64,000 bases of DNA. Source: Thermoanaerobaculia bacterium. GTDB taxonomy: Bacteria > Acidobacteriota > Thermoanaerobaculia > Multivoradales > J023. Each line of letters begins with the position of its first letter. The first letter of the stretch is position 1. The translations under genes and the position numbers were made by a program. Of this stretch, positions 37,442 to 46,908 are shown piece after piece. The DNA is taken from positions 468,613 through 532,612 of the forward strand of contig JAUIJL010000006.1 of assembly GCA_030431255.1 (NCBI GenBank). The letters run 5' to 3'. The notes below the pieces were generated by a model. It made no database searches. It saw nothing but the letters and a program-made list of their open reading frames with translations, and was not told where the DNA came from.

Positions 37442-39318
37442 GTGTCGGCTCCGTTCGGCACGTCGATCACGGTCCGCCAGACGGGTTGGAGAGAGTCCGG
37501 GTCGTCGACACCGGCGGAAAGTCGAAAGTCTTCACCGAAGCTCTCTCGCAGTCTGGCGCGGACGTATCGAAGCCCGGTGCCCTCGGATTTCGAAACGGGG
37601 CCGATGGGCCTAAACGGAGCCTCGAACACGTAGCGAATTCTGCCCGATGCCATTTCCTGTCGCAGACGAAAACAGGCCGTGTTGCCAATACCCTCATCTG
37701 CTCCATAGGCATTATGGGTCAGCGCATTCTCCAACAGGGTGTGAAAAATCGCCGGCGGCACCTGGCTTGTCGGGTCGAGCCCAACGGCTTCGAGCATTAG
37801 GTTCTCATCGCGTCGTTTGGCCATGACCGCGAGGTGGCTCCGGCAGAGCTCCAGCTCCTGGCCAAGAGGAATAGAAGAGCGGCTGGATACATCCGCCAAA
37901 ATGCGAAGCTCCTGGCCGAGCTCTTGGACCATCTCGGAGGCGACCTCGGGCTCTTCCTCGAACCATTCCGACAACGCGGTCAGCGTGTTCATCAGGAAGT
38001 GGGGTTGGAGGTGGCGTCGCAACAGCTCGATTTCCAATCGGGCGGAGCGGAGCTCGATCGCTTCGTGCTCACGCCTTTCCCTGGCTCCGGCCAAGACGTG
38101 GGAAGCGAGCAAGAAGAGGCACAACACGCTGAGACCGAAGAAAAGGTAATAGTCGAGGAATTGGTAGGGCTGCCAGAACCCGACCCCTAAGCACAGGGAA
38201 ATGCCGGTGAGGGCCCAAAGGGCGTCCATTTGCCTTGCCCACAGGGCCCGCGCCAACCATATCCACGAGGTGGTCAAACCGACCAGGAATAAGGTGCCGG
38301 TCTTGCCGTCGAAACCGGGAATCCACCAACAGGGAAGCGTCAGGACGAGGCTGATCGTGGAGAAGCCGACCCTCCCCGGCAGTGGAAAACGTTCCGTCAC
38401 GAAAGCGATGAGCAGAGCGTTGACGGCCCAAGCCAAAAAAGTCACCGTCAGCAATCGCCAGATATGAAGGTCGTAGGTATATCCCACCAAAACCCGCAAG
38501 CTTTCCACGATCACCAGAGAACCGGCGGCGCCGGCAAAGAGCCCTAGCCACAAGTGGGAACGGGAGCGGGTGCCGAAGAGAAAAGACATGGCGTAGAAAA
38601 GGCCTATCGCCAACAAGCCACCGGCACTGATCAAAGTGCGGGCGCTGTATCCCCAGCCGAGAGTAGCGAGCTCGAGATAATCGCCGACCAGGAAGACGTA
38701 GAAACCCATTCGCGGGGCAAAGCCGCGATGGTGGGCCGAGCAACGCAAAGCCACCAGATGCTCGCCGCTTCCGAGGTCCGTCGGCAAGGCGCGGTTCCAG
38801 TCGATGGCTCCGGGCTGCTCTTGCTCAGGCGTCGCACCCACGACTCCGTTGGTGGCCCATAGCTCTCCGTTGAGAAAGAGCTCACAAGAGGCCAAGGCCA
38901 GGAGCTGAAAACCCATGGGCTCTGCACGAGCCAGAAACTCGTCGTCGAGCTCGAGGCGTCCGCGCAGCCAAAAAATAGATGCGTCTTCGACCTGGATCCG
39001 ATCCAGCTCGTGTTCCGGCCATTCGGAGTCGTCGAAGGTCGGCTGTGACCAGGCCGGATCGTCACCGACCATGACACGGAACGACTGAATCCCGAGAATC
39101 CTTGGCGGCTCAGCCGCTGACAAAACTCCCGCCCCGAGCAGCCAACCCATGGCGACCAGCCAAACCGTGGCTCGTGTCCGAGACTTCGGTGCCAGGCACT
39201 TTCCGGATCGAGGTGCCGGGCACTTTTCCGGTGCCCGTTTCTCCAGTGCCAGGCACTTCTCAGCGACCGGCATCTCCTTGACTCGGGACATTCGCGGGGG
39301 ATCGTGGACGAGCTCCAT
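37429..39318 (-). CDS. Sensor histidine kinase, LytS/YehU type (PF06580-like) with periplasmic domain and 7-helix membrane module
   Basis: LRRHLQPHFLMNTLTALSEWF (His_kinase motif) and the HATPase region PPAIFHTLLENALTHN. The true start is uncertain (39318, 39273 or 39150) because codons 20-45 coincide with a triple DNA repeat. Confidence 0.85.
   Translation of the reverse strand: MELVHDPPRMSRVKEMPVAEKCLALEKRAPEKCPAPRSGKCLAPKSRTRATVWLVAMGWLLGAGVLSAAEPPRILGIQSFRVMVGDDPAWSQPTFDDSEWPEHELDRIQVEDASIFWLRGRLELDDEFLARAEPMGFQLLALASCELFLNGELWATNGVVGATPEQEQPGAIDWNRALPTDLGSGEHLVALRCSAHHRGFAPRMGFYVFLVGDYLELATLGWGYSARTLISAGGLLAIGLFYAMSFLFGTRSRSHLWLGLFAGAAGSLVIVESLRVLVGYTYDLHIWRLLTVTFLAWAVNALLIAFVTERFPLPGRVGFSTISLVLTLPCWWIPGFDGKTGTLFLVGLTTSWIWLARALWARQMDALWALTGISLCLGVGFWQPYQFLDYYLFFGLSVLCLFLLASHVLAGARERREHEAIELRSARLEIELLRRHLQPHFLMNTLTALSEWFEEEPEVASEMVQELGQELRILADVSSRSSIPLGQELELCRSHLAVMAKRRDENLMLEAVGLDPTSQVPPAIFHTLLENALTHNAYGADEGIGNTACFRLRQEMASGRIRYVFEAPFRPIGPVSKSEGTGLRYVRARLRESFGEDFRLSAGVDDPDSLQPVWRTVIDVPNGADTCAS
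39189..39258. repeat. Three direct copies of a 13-bp internally palindromic motif GTGCC(A/G)GGCACTT
   Basis: Copies at 39189..39201, 39213..39225 and 39246..39258 (periods 24 and 33 bp). They lie at the annotated 5' end of the histidine kinase ORF. Confidence 0.8.
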
Positions 39319-39526
39319 GGAAGCAGTCTAGCCCGTGCCCGAGATCAGGCCCATGTTGTTCACCGAGGCGTTGAGCAGCTCGCCGATTCTCGTCTGAGCA
39401 GGCGGCGGAATCCTCCTAGTCTGAGGGCAGTCGTGGTCGGCATTGACGGTCAGCTTGAAATCAGAAGGACCGCCAGGATTCCGGCCCGTCATGAGAGTTG
39501 AATACAACAAAGTAAGGAGCACAACC

Positions 39527-40975
39527 GTGAAGGATCTCAGCTGCTGGCTTTTGGCCGGCTTGGTGGTTTCGTCCGTATTTTCCCAGGTCGAGCAGGACGG
39601 TATTGTGAACGGCATTGAGAGCGCGGAAAAAGCTCTTCCTGAGGTTGAGATTGCCTCAACCCTAGAGATGGAGCCTTATCGTTTTGAGCCCCAGAAGGGT
39701 GACGCGGTCGACGCGGAGCTGGGAAAATTCCGGGTGCCGGAAAATAGACACGATCCCAACAGTCGTGAGATCGAGCTGGCTTTCGTCCGTTTCCCCGCCA
39801 CGACGCCCAATCCGGGGGCACCCATTGTCTATTTGGCGGGTGGTCCGGGTGGCTCGGGCGTTGCCACCGCCCGAGGGCGCCGCTTTCCACTTTTTATGGC
39901 CCTGCGTCAATTAGGGGATGTGATCGCTTTGGATCAACGGGGAACCGGACTTTCCAACACCATTCCCTTTTGCGAGGCGCCGGAGCCTTGGCCTCTGGAA
40001 AAGCCCTCCAACCGGGACCAAACCCTCGCGTGGTTGGAGTCTACGGCTCGTCACTGTGCGAAGTTTTGGCGCGGCGAGGGGGTCGATTTGGACGGCTACA
40101 ACACGGAGCAGAGCGCCGACGATCTCGAGGATCTGCGTCGGGAGCTGGGGGTGGACAAGCTGCGCCTTTGGAGCATCAGCTATGGCACCCACCTGGCGTT
40201 TTCCGCGGTGCGTCGCCACGGGGATCGCATTGAAAGGGTGGTGTTGGCGAGCGCTGAAGGGCCGGACCAGACTGTGAAGCTGCCGAGTCGGACCGAGGCT
40301 TTCCTGGGCAGGATCCTGAGCGAAGAGGATCGCCGGAAGCTGCGTCATGTGCTCGACCGGCTCGACGCCGAGCCGATCGTGGTCGAGGCCGTGCATCCCA
40401 GAACCCAAGCGAAGGCCCGGGTCGGGGTGGGCAAGTTGGACGTCCAGATCATCCTGGGTTTCATGATCAAGAATCCAGATACCCAGCAAGCCTTGCCGAT
40501 GTGGATCGATGCCATGGACCGTGGCGACTTTTCTCCGATAGCCCCCTATTTGTTGATGATGGCCGGTCAGTTAAGGGGCTTGTCGGGCATGTCGGAGGCC
40601 ATGGACGCGGCCTCGGGTATCTCGCCCGGACGCCGGCAGAGGATCCTTCGAGAAATGCCTGGCACCCTATTGGAAGACGCCCTCAACTTTCCGGGCGACG
40701 CACTGGCCGGGCCGTTGGGCATCACCGATTTGGGAGATGACTTCCGGGGCCCCTTGAAGTCCTCGGTGCCCGCGCTCTTCCTGTCGGGAGACCTGGACGG
40801 TCGGACCTACCTCGAGTCCCATCGAGAGCTGGCCGCAGGGTTTTCCAATGGCACACACGTGGTGGTGGAAGGGGCGGGGCACGATCTCTTCATGTCCGCT
40901 CTGGAGGTCAGCGAGCGGATCCTGGCGTTTATGGCGGGTCGCGAGGTCTCTGCGGATCCGATCCGCGTTCCTTGA
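39527..40975 (+). CDS. Secreted alpha/beta hydrolase (S33 prolyl/tripeptidyl aminopeptidase-like)
   Basis: GTG 39527 lies 7 nt after AAGGAG; signal peptide LLAGLVVSSVFSQ. Motifs YLAGGPGGSG, the nucleophile elbow WSISYGTH and the C-terminal GAGHD are present. Confidence 0.8.
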   Translation: MKDLSCWLLAGLVVSSVFSQVEQDGIVNGIESAEKALPEVEIASTLEMEPYRFEPQKGDAVDAELGKFRVPENRHDPNSREIELAFVRFPATTPNPGAPIVYLAGGPGGSGVATARGRRFPLFMALRQLGDVIALDQRGTGLSNTIPFCEAPEPWPLEKPSNRDQTLAWLESTARHCAKFWRGEGVDLDGYNTEQSADDLEDLRRELGVDKLRLWSISYGTHLAFSAVRRHGDRIERVVLASAEGPDQTVKLPSRTEAFLGRILSEEDRRKLRHVLDRLDAEPIVVEAVHPRTQAKARVGVGKLDVQIILGFMIKNPDTQQALPMWIDAMDRGDFSPIAPYLLMMAGQLRGLSGMSEAMDAASGISPGRRQRILREMPGTLLEDALNFPGDALAGPLGITDLGDDFRGPLKSSVPALFLSGDLDGRTYLESHRELAAGFSNGTHVVVEGAGHDLFMSALEVSERILAFMAGREVSADPIRVP

Positions 40976-41215
40976 GCTTTGAATTGGACGGCTCGGTGAG
41001 GTCGCGGGCACCGTCCCGCCCTCTTCTACCGAGCTCACCGGCCTTACCGAGCTTTATGGCTCGTCGATCCCGACGGTTATTGGGTCACGCATAGACTAAA
41101 AAATAGCTTCATGCGTATAAAACTAAGAGGCATTCGGGAACGCTCGCCCGTTTTCGCAAGTCTCTTGACCAGGGGGAGCCGACTCCCAGCCGGTCGGACC
41201 CAAGGAGGGATCGCT

Positions 41216-41527
41216 ATGAGATTCAGAAAACCCACGACTTGCCCGAAATGCGGTCGAGGCTCCGATATCCGATTCATCGTCCGCGGTTTGCCGTCCGAGG
41301 ATGGCTGGAAGATGATCGAGAGCAACGAGGCCGTGGCCGGCGGCTGCCTCATGTTCGAAAAGATGCCCATGTGGCGATGTGTCGTGTGCGGTTGCGATTT
41401 CAGCGACGAGTCCGACCCGGCGGTGATCGAGCACCGACGCCTCGAGCGGAGATTGTTCGGTGACATGAGCGCGCCGCTCCTTCTCCCGTCGGATCCGGTC
41501 TGCACGTCCAGCTGTCGATCGAAATAA
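41216..41527 (+). CDS. Small zinc-ribbon protein (hypothetical)
   Basis: ATG 41216 is preceded by AAGGAGG. CPKC...CVVCGC cysteine pairs are spaced like a zinc ribbon. 103 aa. Confidence 0.55.
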   Translation: MRFRKPTTCPKCGRGSDIRFIVRGLPSEDGWKMIESNEAVAGGCLMFEKMPMWRCVVCGCDFSDESDPAVIEHRRLERRLFGDMSAPLLLPSDPVCTSSCRSK

Positions 41528-41649
41528 CCCGCAGGAGAAACCTCGGAATCTCAACTTTGTGACGATTGAAGCGTATCTTGGGGTGCAGTCATCTAACCAA
41601 CCCGAAACACCCCGAGCAACCCTCGAATATCCGCTTGGTGAGGAGCTTC

Positions 41650-44091
41650 ATGAAATCGTCTACCCCTCCGATGACCCTGGTTCAGGACGTCCGCTACGCG
41701 GCTCGCGCAGTCCGCAAGGATCTCGGCCTTTTCACCTTCGCGGTTTGTATCGTCGGCTTGGGCATCGGAGCGTGCACGGCGATTTTCAGCGTCCTGAGCC
41801 CGCTGTTGCTCAACGCTCTGCCGTTCCAGCAGCCGGAGCGCCTGGTTTGGATCGCCAATGACGGCGAGGGCGGCATGTCGGCGGTCACGTCCCGCGCCTC
41901 GAACTTGCGGGACTTTCGGGAGCTCTCGCAGTCCTTCGACGGTATCACCGGCTACAACGCATTCTTTGAGCAGGGCTCCTACAACTTGGACCTCGGGGAT
42001 CGCCCCCAGCGCCTGATCGGGGTCGGCGTGGCAGGCGATTTTCTCGACGTGCTCGGGGTCCAGCCGATCGAGGGGCGGGGCTTCAACGTCGAGGAAAGCC
42101 AATACGGCGGGCCGAAAGCGGTGGTGCTTTCGTACGGCTTTTGGCAGCAGCATTTCGCCGGTGATCCCGGCATGGTCGGCCAGTCGATTCAGCTCAATGA
42201 GGAGCCTTTCGAGGTCGTCGGCGTCTTGCCTTCGAGCTTCGATTTCGCCTCCGTCTTCGCGCCTCACACCCGAGTGGATTTCTTGCGGGTCTTCCCGATC
42301 AGCGACGAGACCGATCGCTGGGGCAATACCTTGACCATGATCGGTCGTTTGGCGCCGGGAGTAACGGTCGCCCAAGCCCAGGGTGACCTGGACAGGATCA
42401 TCCAAGGCCTATCTGAGGCCGACCCGGAACGGTGGGGCCTCGGAGCGGTGGTCGACGGCATGCAAGACAAGATTGCCGCTCCTTTTCGCTCGGCGCTGCT
42501 CTTGTTGGCGATCGCCGCGGGCGCGGTGATGTTGATCGTCTGCGTCAATCTGTCGAACCTGCTGCTCGCCAAATCCACCCGCCGTCGGCAGGAGATGGCC
42601 GTACGGAGCGCCATGGGAGCGTCGCGTTTTCGTTTGGTTCGCCAGATGCTGATCGAGAGCACCCTCTTGAGCGGAGGTGGAGCCGTGTTGGGGCTTGGAA
42701 TCGCTCTCGTCGTCACTCGTTTCGTCTCCGGGCTTCAGGGGCTGAGCATTCCATTGTTGAGCGAGGTGGCCATCGATGGCCGTGCATTGCTCTTTTCGGT
42801 CGCCCTGTCCTGTGGAGTGGGGTTGATTGTGGGCATCTTGCCGGCGTTGCAAATCTCGTCCGGTCGAGAGGCCTTGGTCATCCGCGGATCGGGTCGCGGC
42901 ATGAGCGCGTCCCGGAACAGCACTCGATTCCGGGAAGTTTTGGTGATTGCCGAGGTCGCTCTGGCCAGCATGCTGCTGGTGTTCGGGGGATTGTTGCTGC
43001 GCAGCTTCCAGAACGTCCTAGAGGTGGATCTGGGATTCAGCCCCCAAGAGGTAGTGACCTGGCAAATCAACACCAGCCGCAGCTTCGACGAGCATGCCGA
43101 TGCCGTGGCTCATATGCGCCAAATCGCCCGGGCCGTGGAAGCCATTCCTAGTGTCTCATCGGTCGGCCTTTCCGACGCGATCCCCCTGGGGCGCAATCGC
43201 ACATGGCCGTTGGGAGCACCGGGTTATTCCTATGAGGACGACCGGGGCTCTTTCTCCACCTTCCCGCATATGGTGGACACGGGTTATCTGAAAACCCTCG
43301 ACATCCCCTTGGTGGCGGGACGACACTTCGTCACCGAGGACGATGGGGATCGACCGTTTGTGGCGATCCTGAACGAGACCGCGGCAAAGAAGGTTTTCCA
43401 CGGCGAGCCGGCCCTCGGCCGCAAGGTGATCATCGCGGGTGACGAGACGGAAGTGGTCGGCATAGTGAAGGACATCCGGCACCGTACGTTGGAGGTGGGC
43501 TCCGGTCCGCAGATGTACTTGCCCATGGCCCAGATTCCGGCCTTCAGCACCCTCGATTTGGTGGTGCGCTCGTCGGTCGCCGCGCCGGCCCTGGCGCGCA
43601 GTGTCAGCGAGGCGATCCGCGGGGTAGACCCATCGGTGCCGACCCTTGAATACAAGACCTTGGAAGGCGTGGTCGAAAGCTCGGTCTCGCCACGTAAGCT
43701 CACGCTCCAGCTTCTGATGGCGTTCGCCGCCACGGCGTTGATTTTGGCGGCGTTGGGAATCTACGGCGTGTTGTCGTATTCCGTGGCGGAGCGCATCCCG
43801 GAAATCGGCATCCGTATGGCCTTGGGTGAATCCAGTCTGGAAGTGCTACGTCGGGTCGTCGGCAAGACCCTGCTTTTGGCGACCCTCGGGCTGTCCCTGG
43901 GCGCCGCGGGCTCTTTCTTCCTTTCGCGGGCCGTGCGCTCGATGCTTTACGGGGTCGAAGCCGCGGACCCCTGGACCTTCATCGGCATGTCTGTGGTATT
44001 GCTTTTGGTTGCCGGCTTGGCGGGGTGGATACCCGCCATGCGCGCGTCGCGCACGGACGTCGCTTCGGTGTTGCGCGCCGGCTCGACCTAA
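41650..44091 (+). CDS. Duplicated FtsX/MacB-type ABC permease (ADOP family-like)
   Basis: ATG 41650 follows GAGGAG. N-terminal LVQDVRYAARAVRKDLGLFTFAV and the MacB_PCD-like periplasmic domain are duplicated. The C-terminal ERIPEIGIRMALGES FtsX motif is present. No ATPase gene is adjacent. Confidence 0.85.
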   Translation: MKSSTPPMTLVQDVRYAARAVRKDLGLFTFAVCIVGLGIGACTAIFSVLSPLLLNALPFQQPERLVWIANDGEGGMSAVTSRASNLRDFRELSQSFDGITGYNAFFEQGSYNLDLGDRPQRLIGVGVAGDFLDVLGVQPIEGRGFNVEESQYGGPKAVVLSYGFWQQHFAGDPGMVGQSIQLNEEPFEVVGVLPSSFDFASVFAPHTRVDFLRVFPISDETDRWGNTLTMIGRLAPGVTVAQAQGDLDRIIQGLSEADPERWGLGAVVDGMQDKIAAPFRSALLLLAIAAGAVMLIVCVNLSNLLLAKSTRRRQEMAVRSAMGASRFRLVRQMLIESTLLSGGGAVLGLGIALVVTRFVSGLQGLSIPLLSEVAIDGRALLFSVALSCGVGLIVGILPALQISSGREALVIRGSGRGMSASRNSTRFREVLVIAEVALASMLLVFGGLLLRSFQNVLEVDLGFSPQEVVTWQINTSRSFDEHADAVAHMRQIARAVEAIPSVSSVGLSDAIPLGRNRTWPLGAPGYSYEDDRGSFSTFPHMVDTGYLKTLDIPLVAGRHFVTEDDGDRPFVAILNETAAKKVFHGEPALGRKVIIAGDETEVVGIVKDIRHRTLEVGSGPQMYLPMAQIPAFSTLDLVVRSSVAAPALARSVSEAIRGVDPSVPTLEYKTLEGVVESSVSPRKLTLQLLMAFAATALILAALGIYGVLSYSVAERIPEIGIRMALGESSLEVLRRVVGKTLLLATLGLSLGAAGSFFLSRAVRSMLYGVEAADPWTFIGMSVVLLLVAGLAGWIPAMRASRTDVASVLRAGST

Positions 44092-44182
44092 CGTTCGGCC
44101 AATGGGCGTTGAACAAGAGATTTTTGCCTGGCATCTCAAGACTCCAAGTCGCCAAAAACCAACGGACACGGCTCCCACCGCC

Positions 44183-44974
44183 CTATCCGTCCACCAAGGG
44201 TTTCAAGTATCGGACCACGTCCCACCTGCGAGCACTTCTGGCCAAGCTCAGCGCATCGTCACCTTCGTCTGAGCGATAGGAAGGGTCGGCCCCGGCTTTG
44301 ATCAGCTGCTGGACGATCTCCAAGCTGCCGTTTTCGGCGGCGTAGAAAAGCGGTACCCAACCATCTTCATCGTGCTCGTTCGGGTCCTCGCCAACGAAGT
44401 CCAAGAGCTCGGTGACTCGTTTGAGATTGCCGTCGGCGGCGGCTTCAAACAACGTGGGTGGGCGTTGATCGACTCGACGAAGGGGCTTGGTCGGTGGGCT
44501 CGGATCGAGATGGTCAGCGGCTCCGGTGCCGAGCACGGCTTCCAAGACTAGAGCGTCTCCGGTGGCCCTGGCTTGGGCCAGCAGCTCGCCCTCCGTTTGA
44601 CCCGCAGGCAGAAAGCCGGCTCCGGATTGCAAGAGGCTTTCGATGATCCCCCGGTGCCTTCGAGCTTCGGCGAATCGCAGAGCGGTGTTGGCGGCGTCGT
44701 ATTGCTCCCAATCCAGGTCCAGATCCTCTAGATCGATCTCCGACTCCTCAAATGCTCCAGGTGTGGGCTCCCGGATCACGGCGTTGGGGTGGGCTCCTGC
44801 TTGCAGAAGCGCCTCGGTAATGTCCGAGTGACCGTAGTCCGCAGCCAGCATGAGAGGAGTCCGTCCGAGATGGGTGCGTGCGTCAAGATCGGCTCCAGAC
44901 TCCAGAAGATGTTGCACCTTGTGGAGATCCGCGTCCAGAATCGCTTGAAAAAGGGCCGAGACATCCGCGTTCAT
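44183..44974 (-). CDS. Ankyrin repeat protein
   Basis: Repeated G-TPLM-A---GH-----LL--GA motifs (GRTPLMLAADYGHSDITEALLQAGAHPN; GWVPLFYAAENGSLEIVQQLIKAGADPS). No signal peptide. Confidence 0.85.
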   Translation of the reverse strand: MNADVSALFQAILDADLHKVQHLLESGADLDARTHLGRTPLMLAADYGHSDITEALLQAGAHPNAVIREPTPGAFEESEIDLEDLDLDWEQYDAANTALRFAEARRHRGIIESLLQSGAGFLPAGQTEGELLAQARATGDALVLEAVLGTGAADHLDPSPPTKPLRRVDQRPPTLFEAAADGNLKRVTELLDFVGEDPNEHDEDGWVPLFYAAENGSLEIVQQLIKAGADPSYRSDEGDDALSLARSARRWDVVRYLKPLVDG

Positions 44975-45037
44975 GCTCTATTCTTTCAGATGGTCTCAGG
45001 GATCGAGACCTAGAGCACGGAAAGCCACAGACCAAAG

Positions 45038-45385
45038 GTGAAGCGACCGATGACGATCAACCCCATGGCCATTTTCCGTTTCATGCTCAGGTGGTCGCTC
45101 TCCATCTGGGGTTTGGTGTCGGTTGCCGCAGCCGCAGCCCATCGGCTTCAGCTCGATGAGGCAGATCTCCAGTCTTATGCCAGAAGCCCGCTGACGGGCA
45201 TCGTCACGATTCTCGTGCTTGCGTTGCTCATCCACCTCCTAGCCATGCCCCTTTACGCGATTTACCTTGTGGTGAGGAGGCGCTGGCGTGACCTGGGGAT
45301 CCTCGCGATCAACGTAGCCGTGGGAATCATCTGCTTGCTCGTCTCCGTGCAAGTGGACGCGCCTACGCTCGTCTACCGGACTTGA
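45038..45385 (+). CDS. Small hypothetical membrane protein
   Basis: 115-aa ORF with three hydrophobic helices. No family recognised. Confidence 0.45.
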   Translation: MKRPMTINPMAIFRFMLRWSLSIWGLVSVAAAAAHRLQLDEADLQSYARSPLTGIVTILVLALLIHLLAMPLYAIYLVVRRRWRDLGILAINVAVGIICLLVSVQVDAPTLVYRT

Positions 45386-45498
45386 GATCCACCGGCATCG
45401 GCGAGAAAAACGCCGAGAATCGATCGATTTGTAACCTCAGAGGGTAGGTCTTCGTGAAAGGGGGTGACTTAAACCTGAAACCACGGAGCCCTACTCTC

Positions 45499-46824
45499 AT
45501 GATTAAAGAACCCTCATCGAATAGCGAAACACTTCCCGTCGCGGTGGTCGGCGGTGGGCTCGCCGGGCTGACCGCGGCGGTCGAGCTGGCCGACGAAGGG
45601 GTGTCGGTGGTTCTCTTCGAGTCTGCCGACGAGCTCGGAGGCCGAGCCAAGACCCGCAAGGCCGAAGATTTTCGCTTCAACCTTGGACCGCGGGCGCTCT
45701 ATGTTCAAGGCGCCGGCAAGGCCGTGTTGGATCGCCTCGGGGTGACCTATCGCGGGCATCGTCCTCCGTTGAAACACGGATCCGTCCTGGTCCATGGCGA
45801 GGTCTCCACCTTGCCCATGGGCCTGTGGTCGTTGATGACCTGCCCCTGGATGGGCGTGCGGGAGCGATTCGAGGTCGCGGGCTTCATGGCCCGATTGCCC
45901 CGAATCAGAACCGAGAGCTTGGCCCATCTTTCGACCGCACAGTGGTTGGATCAGAGCTTCCGTTTGACCATGAGCCGGCGGCTGATCGAGGCCCTGCTGC
46001 AGCTCACCACTTATTGCCGAGACTTCGAGCACCTGGAGGCCCGCGCGGCGGTGAGGCAGCTGAAGACGGGCCTGTCTTCATCGGTGCTCTATCTCGACGG
46101 CGGATGGGGGACGCTGGTGGCGAGCCTGCGGGAGCTGGCGATGCGAGCCGGCGTCCGCATCGAAACCGGCACGAAAATCGAGTCAGTGGCAGTGGACGAT
46201 GGTGGAATCGTTTGTGAATCTGCGGACGGACGGAGCTTTCGGGCCGCCGCGGTGGTGCTCGCCGTCGGTCCCGAGCAGGTGGATCGCCTGATCGGCTCCA
46301 AGCTGTCAGAGCCGGCTCCCAAGAACCGGCATGCCCGCCCGGTTTTCGCGGCATGCCTGGACGTGGCGCTGAGCCGGCTGCCGCGACCGAATCGTCTATT
46401 CGCCCAGGGGATCGACGTTCCGTACTACTTCTCGGTGCATTCCGCGGCCGCGAAGCTGGCACCCGAGAACGGAGCGTTGGTGCATGTGCTGCGTTATTTG
46501 GAGCACGGCGAATCGTGGAGCCGTGAGCAGATCCGACAACAGCTCGAAGGGGTGCTGGATCAGATGCAGCCGGGTTGGCGCGAGGTCTTGGTAGACCAGC
46601 AGCTCTTACCGAAGATGAGAGTTTGCCACGATCTGCCGGGGCCGGGTCGACCGAGAGCAGCGAGTGAGGTGGGCCCCGGCATCTTCGTCGCCGGGGATTG
46701 GGTTGGCGACGAAGGCCTGTTGGCCGACGCGGCGATCGCCAGCGGCTCGCGGGCGGCTCGGTCCATCCTCCAACGACAGAAGGTGGCCCCAAGGTCGCGC
46801 AGAACCGCTCAACACGCCGCGTGA
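45499..46824 (+). CDS. FAD/NAD(P)-binding oxidoreductase (phytoene desaturase/amine oxidase-like)
   Basis: Dinucleotide fold VAVVGGGLAGLTAAVELADEGVSVVLFESADELGGRA and C-terminal FVAGDWV. Start placed at ATG 45499. Confidence 0.8.
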   Translation: MIKEPSSNSETLPVAVVGGGLAGLTAAVELADEGVSVVLFESADELGGRAKTRKAEDFRFNLGPRALYVQGAGKAVLDRLGVTYRGHRPPLKHGSVLVHGEVSTLPMGLWSLMTCPWMGVRERFEVAGFMARLPRIRTESLAHLSTAQWLDQSFRLTMSRRLIEALLQLTTYCRDFEHLEARAAVRQLKTGLSSSVLYLDGGWGTLVASLRELAMRAGVRIETGTKIESVAVDDGGIVCESADGRSFRAAAVVLAVGPEQVDRLIGSKLSEPAPKNRHARPVFAACLDVALSRLPRPNRLFAQGIDVPYYFSVHSAAAKLAPENGALVHVLRYLEHGESWSREQIRQQLEGVLDQMQPGWREVLVDQQLLPKMRVCHDLPGPGRPRAASEVGPGIFVAGDWVGDEGLLADAAIASGSRAARSILQRQKVAPRSRRTAQHAA

Positions 46825-46908
46825 AACAGCTTGGGGTGGGGTGCCATCGGCGCCGGTGACATAGAATTCAGAGATCGAATCGGACCCCATCCTTGAGGAA
46901 AGAATCCG

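Noticed and set aside
39189-39258. Possible sigma-54 promoter, because the minus-strand reading contains CTGGCAC three times.
   Set aside because: None of the copies is followed by a TTGC(A/T) -12 element at the required spacing, and no sigma-54 activator (AAA+ EBP) is nearby. The repeats are kept only as a candidate operator or repeat.
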